The translations under genes and the position numbers were made by a program. A DNA stretch of 64,000 bases from positions 22,942-86,941 of IMG/VR virus record IMGVR_UViG_2915264867_000002. One strand, written 5' to 3'. Positions 26,706-36,135 of the stretch are shown here, piece after piece (positions within the stretch are counted from its first letter, which is position 1; each line of letters starts with the position of its first letter). The DNA comes from a virus (taxonomy: Duplodnaviria > Caudoviricetes). Under the pieces are notes generated by a model that did not search any database, had not been told where the DNA came from, and worked only from the letters and a program-made list of their open reading frames with translations.

Positions 26706-28682
26706 ATGAACGCTTCGCACGATCGCATCCACATCATTCGTGAGGCCGTCACCAAATTGGTGCCGATGCTCACCGACAAGAAAGTATTAGTGACACAGCG
26801 CGGCATTAGCGCCTTCGTCAAGACAGACGCATCCGGCCGGCCAATACAGGTCAACCTGCCCTACATCCCCGACAATGCGACCGAAGAGCTGATCGACGCC
26901 ATTCAAGGCTTTCTCGACCATGAAGTGGCTCACATTCTGTTCACGGACTTTAGCGTGCTTCCGAAAGCCGCCCAGATGGGTGTGCACAGTCTGTTTAACA
27001 TCATTGAAGACGCTCGGATTGAGAAGGCAATGGCCGACCGCTTCCGCGGTTCGGGCACTAACATCGGCAACACTGCGAAATTCTTCTTGGAGAAGTTCAC
27101 GAAGCCAAAAATGGAAGAAGCAATCGCTGCCGGCGACGAGGCAATGCTGACGTCGGTCCTGATGGTTCCGCTGATTCGCGGCATGGCCGGCCAAACCGTG
27201 TGGAGCGATTTCATGGCAGACAAGATGCACCACGTCCAGGACACCTACGACAAAATCAAGGGCACTGTGAAAAGCATCAGCGGGGCAAAGTCGAGCGCTG
27301 ACGCTTTGAAGGCCGCTGGCAAGGTAATGGAGGCGATGACGGGTCACTCTCCCGCAGCGCCAAGCGCAACGCCACCGGCACCACCGCCACCGCCCAAATC
27401 CTCCGGTACTAGCGGCAAGCGCGGAAAGCCGGGCGCTGGCGTGAAGGCGGCCCCCAAGCATGGCCCGTCGGAAGAAGATGCCCCGCCAGCTGAAGAGGAA
27501 GACGACGACGCTCCGACCTCTGCAGCCACCGCAGCGCCGGCTGAAGAAGGTACCCCGGATGATGAGGATGATGGCGCCCCGGCTGAAGCCGACGAAGACG
27601 ACGCCTCGATCGCTGGTTCCGGCGACGAAGAAATGGCCAGCGAGCGTGACGATGAAGCCACTGAAGATGTGGCGGAAACCAATGACGAGGGTGGCGTAAC
27701 GTGGGAGAAGATCGAAAAGCACATGGCGGCTGACTTTGACGATACCACCTCCAACCTGATCACGAATGGCGTGTCCGAAGCGGCAAAGGGCGCCGACTAT
27801 CTGGTCTTCACGCGCGACAAAGACATCGTCGAGCCACTGGTGATCGGCAAGCAATATGCTCCGGAAATGTTCAAGCGTATCAGCGATGATGTGGACCACA
27901 TGGTAGGCCCGCTGCAAAAGGACTTGGAACGGGCCATTAGCGCCCGTAGCCTGTCGAGCTGGTCGCCTGGCCACCGCAGCGGTCGAGTCAATGCGTCATC
28001 CCTGCATCGCCTGGCCACCGGAGACGACCGCGTGTTCCGCCGTAAGCAAATCACAACGACGAAGGACGTTGCCGTTGAACTGGTCATCGACATGTCCGGC
28101 TCCATGAGCGGTTCTAAGATTCACACTGCGGCAAAGGCCGCCTACGCCCTGGCCTCCGTACTCGATCGTATCGGCATTGCCAACGAGGTAATCTGCTTCA
28201 CTACCGGCGAAGCCCTCTACTCCGACGAGTCCGAAATGAACCGGGAAGAGGCTAAGCTGGGGCGCCGCTACAGCCGCCGCGAGTCGCTGTACATGCCGAT
28301 CTTGAAAAAGTTCGCGGAGCGCATGAGCACGGACGTGAAGTCGCGCTTCGGTTGGCTGCCGAACACTTCGTCGATGTCTGGAAATGTTGACGGCGAGTCG
28401 ATCGAAGTCGCCGCCCGCCGTCTCATGGGTCGCAAGGAAAAGGGCAAGATCATGATGGTGCTGTCGGACGGCGCGCCGGCCGCCTCCGGCGACTGCAGCG
28501 AACTGCAGGAGCACTTGAAAAAGACGGTCGAGAACATCACTCGAGCCGGAGTCAACGTCATCGGCATCGGCATCCAGTCGACTGAGGTGAAAAAGTTTTA
28601 CCCTAAAAGCCTGATCCTCAACGACGTGAAGGATCTGCCAATTGTGGTCATGAAGCAGTTGCGCGAACTGATCCTCAAATAG
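26706..28682 (+). CDS. cobT-like: CobT-like vWA protein with N-terminal HExxH motif
   Basis: DHEVAH...NIIEDARIE; acidic linker; MIDAS DMSGS; LSDGAP. Confidence 0.8.
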   Translation: MNASHDRIHIIREAVTKLVPMLTDKKVLVTQRGISAFVKTDASGRPIQVNLPYIPDNATEELIDAIQGFLDHEVAHILFTDFSVLPKAAQMGVHSLFNIIEDARIEKAMADRFRGSGTNIGNTAKFFLEKFTKPKMEEAIAAGDEAMLTSVLMVPLIRGMAGQTVWSDFMADKMHHVQDTYDKIKGTVKSISGAKSSADALKAAGKVMEAMTGHSPAAPSATPPAPPPPPKSSGTSGKRGKPGAGVKAAPKHGPSEEDAPPAEEEDDDAPTSAATAAPAEEGTPDDEDDGAPAEADEDDASIAGSGDEEMASERDDEATEDVAETNDEGGVTWEKIEKHMAADFDDTTSNLITNGVSEAAKGADYLVFTRDKDIVEPLVIGKQYAPEMFKRISDDVDHMVGPLQKDLERAISARSLSSWSPGHRSGRVNASSLHRLATGDDRVFRRKQITTTKDVAVELVIDMSGSMSGSKIHTAAKAAYALASVLDRIGIANEVICFTTGEALYSDESEMNREEAKLGRRYSRRESLYMPILKKFAERMSTDVKSRFGWLPNTSSMSGNVDGESIEVAARRLMGRKEKGKIMMVLSDGAPAASGDCSELQEHLKKTVENITRAGVNVIGIGIQSTEVKKFYPKSLILNDVKDLPIVVMKQLRELILK

Positions 28683-28713
28683 CACCGAAAGCCCGTCATT
28701 TTGCCAAGAAAGA

Positions 28714-28731
28714 TAAGTAAGTACTGACTTG
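28714..28731. promoter_or_regulatory. 18-bp box TAAGTAAGTACTGACTTG
   Basis: Read directly. Confidence 0.85.
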
Positions 28732-28823
28732 TATATCCTGACGGGTTTGCGTATCATTCTCTATGTCGATTCAACAGACACCCACTAACACCGGGCATGT
28801 GCCCAACCAAAGGAGAGTAAGTA

Positions 28824-30038
28824 ATGACTGAAGTCAATGGCAAAATCGAATGCAAATTGTGCGGCGCTCAAGTGCATGTGATGCAGAAGCACTTACTGGA
28901 TAACCACCCCGAATACACGCCGGCAAGCTACCAAGAAGAATTCCCTGGCGCGCCGATGCTTTCGGACTTGGCCAAGCAAAAGGTTGCCGAAAGCAATGCA
29001 GCTAAAGCGGCAGCTGCAGCTCAGCAAGCGCAAAATGATGCTGGTCAAGTTCATATGGCGGCAAGCGCAGCGCCTGCGGCTTCCGTCGCGTCGGTAGTCC
29101 CGCGCGGCACCATCGTTAAAAAGCCTCTGCATGAGGTGTTCGATCTCGGCGCGGCAAAAGCGGCGCTCAGCGCAAAGGGAACCCCGATTCCAATCTCGGT
29201 ACTGACTGCTCACGACCACCAGGACATGGTGCCGGAAGTGTCGAGCATTTACGTGTACGACATCAACGAGCTGAAAAACGTGATACTGGGCCTCGAGTGC
29301 AGCATTCCAGTATACGTACACGGCCACAAGGGCACCGGCAAGTCCGAGCTGCTGGCCCAAGTAGCGGCGCGCACCAACCGCCCTCAAATCCGCGTACAAC
29401 ACACCGCCAACACCGAAGAAAGCCACATCGTCGGCCAGTGGACCGTCAAGGGCGGCGAAACCGTCTTCGCACTCGGCCCACTCGCTGAAGCGATGAAGCA
29501 CGGCTGGATCTACTGCGCCGACGAATACGACTTCGGTATGCCCTCCGTACTGGCCGTCTATCAGCCTGTCCTCGAAGGCAAGGCGTTGGTGATCAAAGAA
29601 GCTCCACCTGAGCTGCGCATCATCAAGCCACACCGCGATTTCCGCTTTGTAGCAACCGGTAACACCAATGGCTCCGGCGACGAGACCGGTCTCTATCAGG
29701 GCACGCTGATCCAGAACAGTGCCAATTACGACCGCTTCGGCATGGTCATCCACAAGAAGTACATGGACAAGAAGGCCGAGGTCCGCATTTTGATGGGTCG
29801 CTGCGGTCTGACCGAAAAGGATGCCGAGAAAATGGTCGAGTTCGCCACCACGGTGCGTGAAGCGTACGACGGCGCCAAGCTCAGCGATACCATTTCGCCA
29901 CGCACGATGATCTACGCGTCGGAGATTGGTGTGAAGCGTGGTTCCTTCCGCGAAGGCCTGGCCCTGTCGTTCCTCAACAAACTCACCACCGTAGATCGCG
30001 AAGTAGCCGACGGCCTGGCTCAACGCATCTTCTCGTAA
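28824..30038 (+). CDS. cobS-like: CobS/MoxR-like AAA+ ATPase with N-terminal C2H2-type Zn finger
   Basis: CKLCG...QKHLLDNH; GHKGTGKS; ADEYD; VATGNTNGSGD; ANYDRF. Confidence 0.85.
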   Translation: MTEVNGKIECKLCGAQVHVMQKHLLDNHPEYTPASYQEEFPGAPMLSDLAKQKVAESNAAKAAAAAQQAQNDAGQVHMAASAAPAASVASVVPRGTIVKKPLHEVFDLGAAKAALSAKGTPIPISVLTAHDHQDMVPEVSSIYVYDINELKNVILGLECSIPVYVHGHKGTGKSELLAQVAARTNRPQIRVQHTANTEESHIVGQWTVKGGETVFALGPLAEAMKHGWIYCADEYDFGMPSVLAVYQPVLEGKALVIKEAPPELRIIKPHRDFRFVATGNTNGSGDETGLYQGTLIQNSANYDRFGMVIHKKYMDKKAEVRILMGRCGLTEKDAEKMVEFATTVREAYDGAKLSDTISPRTMIYASEIGVKRGSFREGLALSFLNKLTTVDREVADGLAQRIFS

Positions 30039-30049
30039 TCGAGGTCGCC

Positions 30050-30799
30050 ATGACCCGGGCACTGAAAATCGAGGAGAACATCGGTCTGGTCCACTTTCAC
30101 GCCAAGCGTGGCTTCAAGTGGGCTGACGGTGCCGGAAGCGGGCTTACCTACGAGGATATGTTCCAAGTGGCCAGCCTGGCCTTCTGGACCGCCGTACAGG
30201 GGTTCAACCCCGACAACGGCAACGGCTTTGCCGCTTACTACGGCATGGTCGCGTACAGCGAGTTTCGCAAGGAAATTGGCGTCATGACAGGCGTCAAAAA
30301 CTTGAACCCTGGCCAGCGCAGCGATATCGAGGCGCGCAAACAAGAAAACGCCCGCCGCCGCGCTGCCGGCGAGGCTCAGCTGCCAGAAATGAACTACGGT
30401 TTGGCGCCAGTGAGCTTTGGCGAAATCGGTGGTGGAAACGAAGATGGCGACTTCACCCCGTTCGAAGACACATTGGCCTCCCCCGAGCGTACCCCGGAAG
30501 AGATCGTCGAATTTCGCCAGCAGTGGGAACTGGCAACGGCCGGTATCAGCCCACTGGCGGAACTGGTGATCGACTGGCTGCGTGACCCGCCCCCTGCACT
30601 TCAGCAGGAGCTAGCCAGCCAGGCCGCCCATGCCGACCTGATTACGGCCGCCGGTGGCCGGGCACACGGACTGCGTGACGGCGTGAGCGTCAAGGCCGTG
30701 ATCAAGTTTCTGGCAATGGTAGGGGATGTCTCCCGCGAAGAATTAATGATGGTCGAGGCTGAACTGCGCGGCATCGTCAGTAAATTGGAAAAAGCATAA
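30050..30799 (+). CDS. Sigma-70-family factor (region 2 and divergent region 4)
   Basis: ENIGLVHFHAK...EDMFQVA.LAF..AVQGFNPDNG.GFAAY = region 2; VSREELMMVEAELR resembles region 4.2 VSRERVRQIE. Confidence 0.7.
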   Translation: MTRALKIEENIGLVHFHAKRGFKWADGAGSGLTYEDMFQVASLAFWTAVQGFNPDNGNGFAAYYGMVAYSEFRKEIGVMTGVKNLNPGQRSDIEARKQENARRRAAGEAQLPEMNYGLAPVSFGEIGGGNEDGDFTPFEDTLASPERTPEEIVEFRQQWELATAGISPLAELVIDWLRDPPPALQQELASQAAHADLITAAGGRAHGLRDGVSVKAVIKFLAMVGDVSREELMMVEAELRGIVSKLEKA

Positions 30800-31527
30800 T
30801 GAATATGACAAGCACTGTAGAACAGCTCGCGCCTGGCTGCTTTGGCGCTGCCAGCGTCTACAGCATGGACTCCGACGTCTGCAAGGCCTGCCTCGCCTTC
30901 GACACTTGCAGTGCCCGGTCAATGGAAAACCTGCAAGCGATCCGCCAGCAGGTGGACGTCGCCGACATACTCAAGCGACACCAGGCCGCCCTGGCACGCA
31001 ACCGCAACAACGCCGCGCGCCCAGCAAGCCCCAAGTCGGAGCCGCTGATGGTCTCGCACGTCGCCATCGCGCAGCCGCTACCAATCACCAAGCCGGTCGC
31101 GCGCAGCACCTCGTCGGAGCGCGTGACGTTCGACCTTGCTGCCGCCGACGAAGCCATCATCGCTCAAATCGCCCAGGCGAACAAGAAGACGGCATTCCAG
31201 GCACAGCAGCTGGCCAAAGCGGGCAAGCTTGACGCGATGCGCGCCCTTCTCCCTCGCGGTGAAAACCCGTTCGCTCAGACGGGGCCATCGTACCTTCGCG
31301 TAGCGTGCGACATGATCACATCTGGCGGTTTTATCAGGGCTGAGCTGAAAGCCGAATTGATGGCGCGCCTGGGCTGGACCGACGGCACGGCCGGCGCCCA
31401 CGTTTCGATCGCAACCGCATTGCTGTTCGCCTTCGGGATCACCCGCAAGGATCACAACGAGCGCTTTGTTCTCAATCCAGTTCTGGCGGGCGACAATAAT
31501 TTCAACCAACTGAAAGCAGCAGTATGA
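30799..31527 (+). CDS. Hypothetical protein with N-terminal Cys cluster
   Basis: GCFG...CKAC...C; TAATG overlap. Confidence 0.65.
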   Translation: MNMTSTVEQLAPGCFGAASVYSMDSDVCKACLAFDTCSARSMENLQAIRQQVDVADILKRHQAALARNRNNAARPASPKSEPLMVSHVAIAQPLPITKPVARSTSSERVTFDLAAADEAIIAQIAQANKKTAFQAQQLAKAGKLDAMRALLPRGENPFAQTGPSYLRVACDMITSGGFIRAELKAELMARLGWTDGTAGAHVSIATALLFAFGITRKDHNERFVLNPVLAGDNNFNQLKAAV

Positions 31528-31625
31528 ACAAGCGCAACAAAAACGCCACTCGCGCCCTGCGGATAATGATGGGCGGCTTCGTCCTCTTATCGCTGATCGG
31601 CATCGCCCTGGGGGATGGCAAGTGA
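31524..31625 (+). CDS. 33-aa single-TM protein (not in ORF track)
   Basis: MNKRNKNATRALRIMMGGFVLLSLIGIALGDGK; overlaps both neighbours (ATGA, GTGA). Confidence 0.6.
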   Translation: MNKRNKNATRALRIMMGGFVLLSLIGIALGDGK

Positions 31626-34600
31626 ATTTAAACCACGCCCTGTCCGTCCGATCCGACTTCTCGATCGGCCAATCGCTCCTGCAGGTGGATCACATCATCG
31701 AAGAGGCAGTCAAACACGGCTACAAGTCCGTCGCGCTGGTCGATGACATGAGCATCCACAACCTGGTGGACTTCACCTTGAAGGCTAAGAAAGCTGACAT
31801 CAAGCCAATCATCGGCTGCCGCATTCGCGTGGTCGATGACCCGCTGCACCGTAAGCCGCCCAAAGCCTCCGGCCTGGCCGACAAGCCAAACCCGCTGGTG
31901 ATGATCAAGGCCTATGCGGTAGACGAGACGGGCATCACGTCCTTGCTCAAGCTGCTGTCCAAGGCTAACAGCAAGGAATACTTCTACTACCACAGCCGTG
32001 TTGGCTGGGAGGACGTCGAGCAGCTGGAAGGCGTCATTCTGACCTCGGGCGACTTCTATAACGTGTTCTCGCACCCGCACGGCGCTGAGATTTGGCATAA
32101 CCTGGCGCACAAGTTCACCGGCCGCATTTACACCGAGCTGGTACCGGTTGATACGCCTCTGTTCGACACGCTCAATGCTAAAGCGCTGGACGTGATCGGC
32201 AAGTACGGCATTCCGCCGCTTGTCACGTACCCATTCATGTACCGCCAGGACGAAGACGCAAGCACGCTGGAAGTGCTGAACGTAATTACCAGCCAGCAGA
32301 AAATCTCCACGTCATGGCGGCCGCGCCAAACGGTGCGCAACTTCAGCTTTCAGCCGTCGCTGGAACTGACCCGCAAGATGGTGGGCGCGGCCAAGCGCGT
32401 GGCGAAGTGGAACGGCATCGTGGCGCCGGCAGCATGGAAGTCAGGTCTGGAAAACATCGAAGCGCTGGCCGACGCCTGCGTCTACGAGTTCAAGAAGCTG
32501 CCGGTATCGCTGCCAACCATGGCGCCGAACGAGTTCGAAGCGCTCGGCAAGAAGTGCATCGAAGGCTGGAAGCGCCGCTTCAGTCAGTCGTTCCTGGGCC
32601 ACATGCCTACCGCTGCGGAGATCCCCCAGTACACTGCGCGCCTGAAGTACGAGCTTGGCGTGCTCAAGACCATGGGCTTCTCTGGCTACTTCCTCCTGGT
32701 CGAGGACTTGGTCATGTGGGCTAAGAACAATGGCATCATCGTCGGGCCTGGTCGCGGTTCGGTCGGCGGCTCACTCGTGGCGTACCTGATCGGCATCACC
32801 GACGTGGACCCGATCCGCTTCAACCTACTGTTTGAGCGCTTCATCAATCCCGAGCGCCTTGACTTGCCCGACGCCGACTTGGACTTCATGTCCACGCGGC
32901 GTCACGAGGTCATCACGTACCTGGCCAACAAGTACGGCGCCGATCGTGTGGCTGGCATTTCCAACTTCTCGACCCTCGCCTCGGCTTCTGCCCTGCGCGA
33001 TACGGGCCGGGTGTACGAGCTGGACCCGCTGACGCTGTCGGCAACCAAGCTGGTACCGAAAGAGCACGGCATGTCCTACTCGCTCACCGACGCCGCCCTG
33101 GCCGTGCCGGAGCTGGAGAGCTTCCGCGACACGCAGCCCGAGATCTGGAACCACGCGTTGAAGCTGGAAGGCGTCATGCGCAGCTTCGGCAAGCACGCCG
33201 CTGGCGTTGTCGTGGCCGGCGAACCGCTGATCAACCGGGCCGTGATCGAGTCGCGCGCCAGTGATGAAGACTCCGGGGTGCCGGTGGTCAACTGGGACAA
33301 ACGATTTGTGGAAGAATGGGGACTGGTCAAAATGGACATTTTGGGCCTGTCCACGCTCGACGTGCTGGAGATCGCCCGAAAGTACATCAAGGACCGCCAC
33401 CGCGTCGATGTGAGCTATGTGAATCTGCCGCTGGAAGAAAGCGACATCATGGAAGCGTTCGCGCGCGGCGACACCACCGGCGTGTTCCAGTTCGAATCGG
33501 GCGGCATGAAAAAGCTGTTGCGCGACCTGGCCAAGGGCGGCCCTCTGACGTTTGAAGACATTACGGCCGCCACCGCGCTGTACCGCCCCGGTCCAATGGA
33601 TTCGGGTCTGATGACGGACTTTGTCCAGATCAAGCAGGGCAATCGTTCGCCGTATTACGACCACCCCAACATGGAAGCGGCGCTTAAGGACACCTACTCG
33701 GTCATCGTGTACCAGGAGCAAGTCATGCAGCTTGCCGTCGACGTGGCCGGCTTCACCCGGGCCGAAGCTGATCACCTGCGTAAGGCGATGGGCAAGAAGG
33801 ACAAGGTCAAGATGGGCGAAATGCGTGACAAGTGGGTGAAAGGCTGCGACATCACCTCCAGCATGGATGCGGGCACCGCCGGCGACCTGTTCGACAAGAT
33901 CGAGGCTTTCGCGGGCTACGGCTTCAACCGCAGCCACGCTGTCGAGTACTCGGTGATCTCCTATTGGACAATGTGGGTACGCGTGCGCTACCCGGCCGAA
34001 TACTTCGCTGCCTGTCTCTCGGTCGTCGACAAGGAAGAGAAAATCCCCGCGCTGGTCAATGATGCGCGCTCCTACGGCATCGAAGTGCTGCCGCCGGACA
34101 TCAACCTGTCCTCGGACCGCTTCACCATCCCCGACGACAAGCACCTGCTGGCGCCCTTCTCGGCCGTCAAGGGGATTTCAGAGAACACCGCGCGCCGGAT
34201 CGTCGAACTGCGAAACACGCAGACGGCCAACTGCAGCAGCTTCGCCAGCATCACGGAGCTGGAAGATATCTGCACTGCGAAAGGAAGCAAGGTCAACGTC
34301 AAGGTGCGCGACGTGCTGAACCGCGTCGGCGCGCTGGTAGCGCTCCAACCTGGCGAGAAGCCGGCCCGAGATATGAGCAGGCGCCGGGACCAGATCGAAC
34401 TGATGCCTGGCTTGATGGTCGACACCGTCAAAGCGGATCGCCAAACGGACACCAAAGAGCCGTTCCTGCGCGCGAAGATCATTCACCTGGTCCAGGAATA
34501 TCGCGAGTGCGAAGGCTGCGACCTCAAGACTCAGCCGCACCCAGCCATCCGAACTGGCGGCACCGTCAAATTCATGGTCGTGTCGGATTGCCCGACCTGG

Positions 34601-35014
34601 CAGGAAGAGAAGGCAGGCAAGTTCCTCGAAGGGGATGCGGCCGCTTGCGTGAAATCGGCGCTGACTGCCGCAGGGTTGAAGCCTGGCGATGGTTACTTTA
34701 CCTCGCTGGTGAAGGCCAAAAAGAGCGACAAGTTCTTGAGCAACGGGCAAATCAATGGCTGCTCTGAATTCATCAAGCGAGAGATAGAACTGGTCAAGCC
34801 TGCGATCATCATTGCGCTGGGCAGCGCGACGATCAAGCACTTCCTCCCCGGCGTAAAAGGCTCGACAGCCGAGCTAGCCGGCAAGGTCCATTTCGATCCG
34901 AAGCTTGACGCCTCGATCGTATGCGGCATCAACGCTCAGCAGGTCCATTTTGACCCAAGCAAGCAGGACGTCCTCGATGCGGTTTTTGCCAAAGTGGCAG
35001 AGATCCTCGAGTAA
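31622..35014 (+). CDS. dnaE: DNA polymerase III alpha-like (family C) with C-terminal UDG-family-4-like domain
   Basis: PHP-like start, GPGRGSVGGSLVAY, PDADLDF, KMDILGL, FESGGM, YGFNRSH; last ~175 aa resemble UDG family 4. Confidence 0.92.
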   Translation: MNLNHALSVRSDFSIGQSLLQVDHIIEEAVKHGYKSVALVDDMSIHNLVDFTLKAKKADIKPIIGCRIRVVDDPLHRKPPKASGLADKPNPLVMIKAYAVDETGITSLLKLLSKANSKEYFYYHSRVGWEDVEQLEGVILTSGDFYNVFSHPHGAEIWHNLAHKFTGRIYTELVPVDTPLFDTLNAKALDVIGKYGIPPLVTYPFMYRQDEDASTLEVLNVITSQQKISTSWRPRQTVRNFSFQPSLELTRKMVGAAKRVAKWNGIVAPAAWKSGLENIEALADACVYEFKKLPVSLPTMAPNEFEALGKKCIEGWKRRFSQSFLGHMPTAAEIPQYTARLKYELGVLKTMGFSGYFLLVEDLVMWAKNNGIIVGPGRGSVGGSLVAYLIGITDVDPIRFNLLFERFINPERLDLPDADLDFMSTRRHEVITYLANKYGADRVAGISNFSTLASASALRDTGRVYELDPLTLSATKLVPKEHGMSYSLTDAALAVPELESFRDTQPEIWNHALKLEGVMRSFGKHAAGVVVAGEPLINRAVIESRASDEDSGVPVVNWDKRFVEEWGLVKMDILGLSTLDVLEIARKYIKDRHRVDVSYVNLPLEESDIMEAFARGDTTGVFQFESGGMKKLLRDLAKGGPLTFEDITAATALYRPGPMDSGLMTDFVQIKQGNRSPYYDHPNMEAALKDTYSVIVYQEQVMQLAVDVAGFTRAEADHLRKAMGKKDKVKMGEMRDKWVKGCDITSSMDAGTAGDLFDKIEAFAGYGFNRSHAVEYSVISYWTMWVRVRYPAEYFAACLSVVDKEEKIPALVNDARSYGIEVLPPDINLSSDRFTIPDDKHLLAPFSAVKGISENTARRIVELRNTQTANCSSFASITELEDICTAKGSKVNVKVRDVLNRVGALVALQPGEKPARDMSRRRDQIELMPGLMVDTVKADRQTDTKEPFLRAKIIHLVQEYRECEGCDLKTQPHPAIRTGGTVKFMVVSDCPTWQEEKAGKFLEGDAAACVKSALTAAGLKPGDGYFTSLVKAKKSDKFLSNGQINGCSEFIKREIELVKPAIIIALGSATIKHFLPGVKGSTAELAGKVHFDPKLDASIVCGINAQQVHFDPSKQDVLDAVFAKVAEILE

Positions 35015-35031
35015 AAATTTAGCTCGGACAG

Positions 35032-35049
35032 TAAGTCAGTACTGATTTA
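35032..35049. promoter_or_regulatory. 18-bp box TAAGTCAGTACTGATTTA flanked by CGGACA/TGTCCG; TATAAT at 35059
   Basis: Read directly. Confidence 0.85.
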
Positions 35050-35106
35050 TGTCCGGGCTATAATCTGTAATATAAATATTCGATAGACTAACCAAATGGA
35101 GAATGT

Positions 35107-36033
35107 ATGAGCACCCAACAAGCAACCCCGATTGAAGACGCGGAACTGGACGCCTTAATGGCGGAGCTGGAGGAGCAGACGGCCACCGCTGTCACGGTAG
35201 CGAAGGTTGCGCCTGCGGCAGCCCCGGTCACTGTCGTCGTGGAAGAAGATGATTTGTCAGGCTTGGATTCGCTCGACGGCGAGCAGTCGACGGCAGCAGT
35301 AGCTCCAACCAAACCGGCGGCTGCGCCGGCCATCCTGGACGAAGACGCGGAAATGGCAGCACTGGAGGCCGAGCTGGCTGCCACTGCGCCGGCTGCCGCA
35401 CCGGTTGCGATGCCTGCGCCAGTTACGAAGCCGGCACCGATCGAGAAGCCTGCACCTGCACCTGCACCGACGCCAGCAGCACCCGCAGCTTCAACACCTT
35501 CCCCCGCACCTTCTACCGTAGCGAAACCAGCGGCAGCAGCCAATCGCCCAGCCTTTGAGCTGAAGTTCCACATCGATGTGGAGAAATTCCGCGATGACAC
35601 GCGCGTGTCCGAAACTACCCTGGACGACTGCATGATGCAGCAAGCCAGCTTGCGCGCTTACTACGGTGCCCAGGCGGCACACTCCGAAGCGCAGCACTCG
35701 CGCTTGAAGCTCAAGTCCGAAGTACTCGAGGCGGCGCTGTACAAGAAATTCCGCAAAGAGCTGCTGGATGCGGGCGAAAAGCCAACCGAGAAATTGATCG
35801 ACGCATACGTGAAAGATGACGCCAACTACCGCGCGCTGGAAAACTTGGTGATCGAAGCCCAGACCATCGCCAACATCAATAAAAGCCTGGTCGATTCCCT
35901 CAAGGACCGCCGCGACATGATCATCCAGCTGGGCGCCGATCGTCGTGAAGACGGCAAGGGCCAGGCCCGTGTCATGGCACAAGAACAAGCTCACCAGGAC
36001 TTGAAAGCACGCGCTCTGAAAGCCGCAGCATAA
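35107..36033 (+). CDS. Acidic/Pro-Ala N-terminus plus helical C-domain, possible UvsY-like recombination mediator
   Basis: C-terminal coiled helices (EKPTEKLIDAYV...RRDMIIQLG); sits before gp32-like and RecA genes; function inferred. Confidence 0.45.
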   Translation: MSTQQATPIEDAELDALMAELEEQTATAVTVAKVAPAAAPVTVVVEEDDLSGLDSLDGEQSTAAVAPTKPAAAPAILDEDAEMAALEAELAATAPAAAPVAMPAPVTKPAPIEKPAPAPAPTPAAPAASTPSPAPSTVAKPAAAANRPAFELKFHIDVEKFRDDTRVSETTLDDCMMQQASLRAYYGAQAAHSEAQHSRLKLKSEVLEAALYKKFRKELLDAGEKPTEKLIDAYVKDDANYRALENLVIEAQTIANINKSLVDSLKDRRDMIIQLGADRREDGKGQARVMAQEQAHQDLKARALKAAA

Positions 36034-36053
36034 GACCATTTTGCCTAAAAAGA

Positions 36054-36071
36054 TAAGTAAGTACTGAGCTA
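36054..36071. promoter_or_regulatory. 18-bp box TAAGTAAGTACTGAGCTA in TTGCCT-N23-TATAAT
   Basis: Read directly (36041-36075). Confidence 0.85.
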
Positions 36072-36135
36072 TAATTAATGCGCTGAACGACGAAAGTCTA
36101 AAGGCAACAACCCTACCAAAAACTGAAAGAGAAAA

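Noticed and set aside
26706-30038. Cobalamin biosynthesis genes
   Set aside because: No CobN or other cob genes; phage CobS/CobT-like pairs are MoxR/vWA systems.
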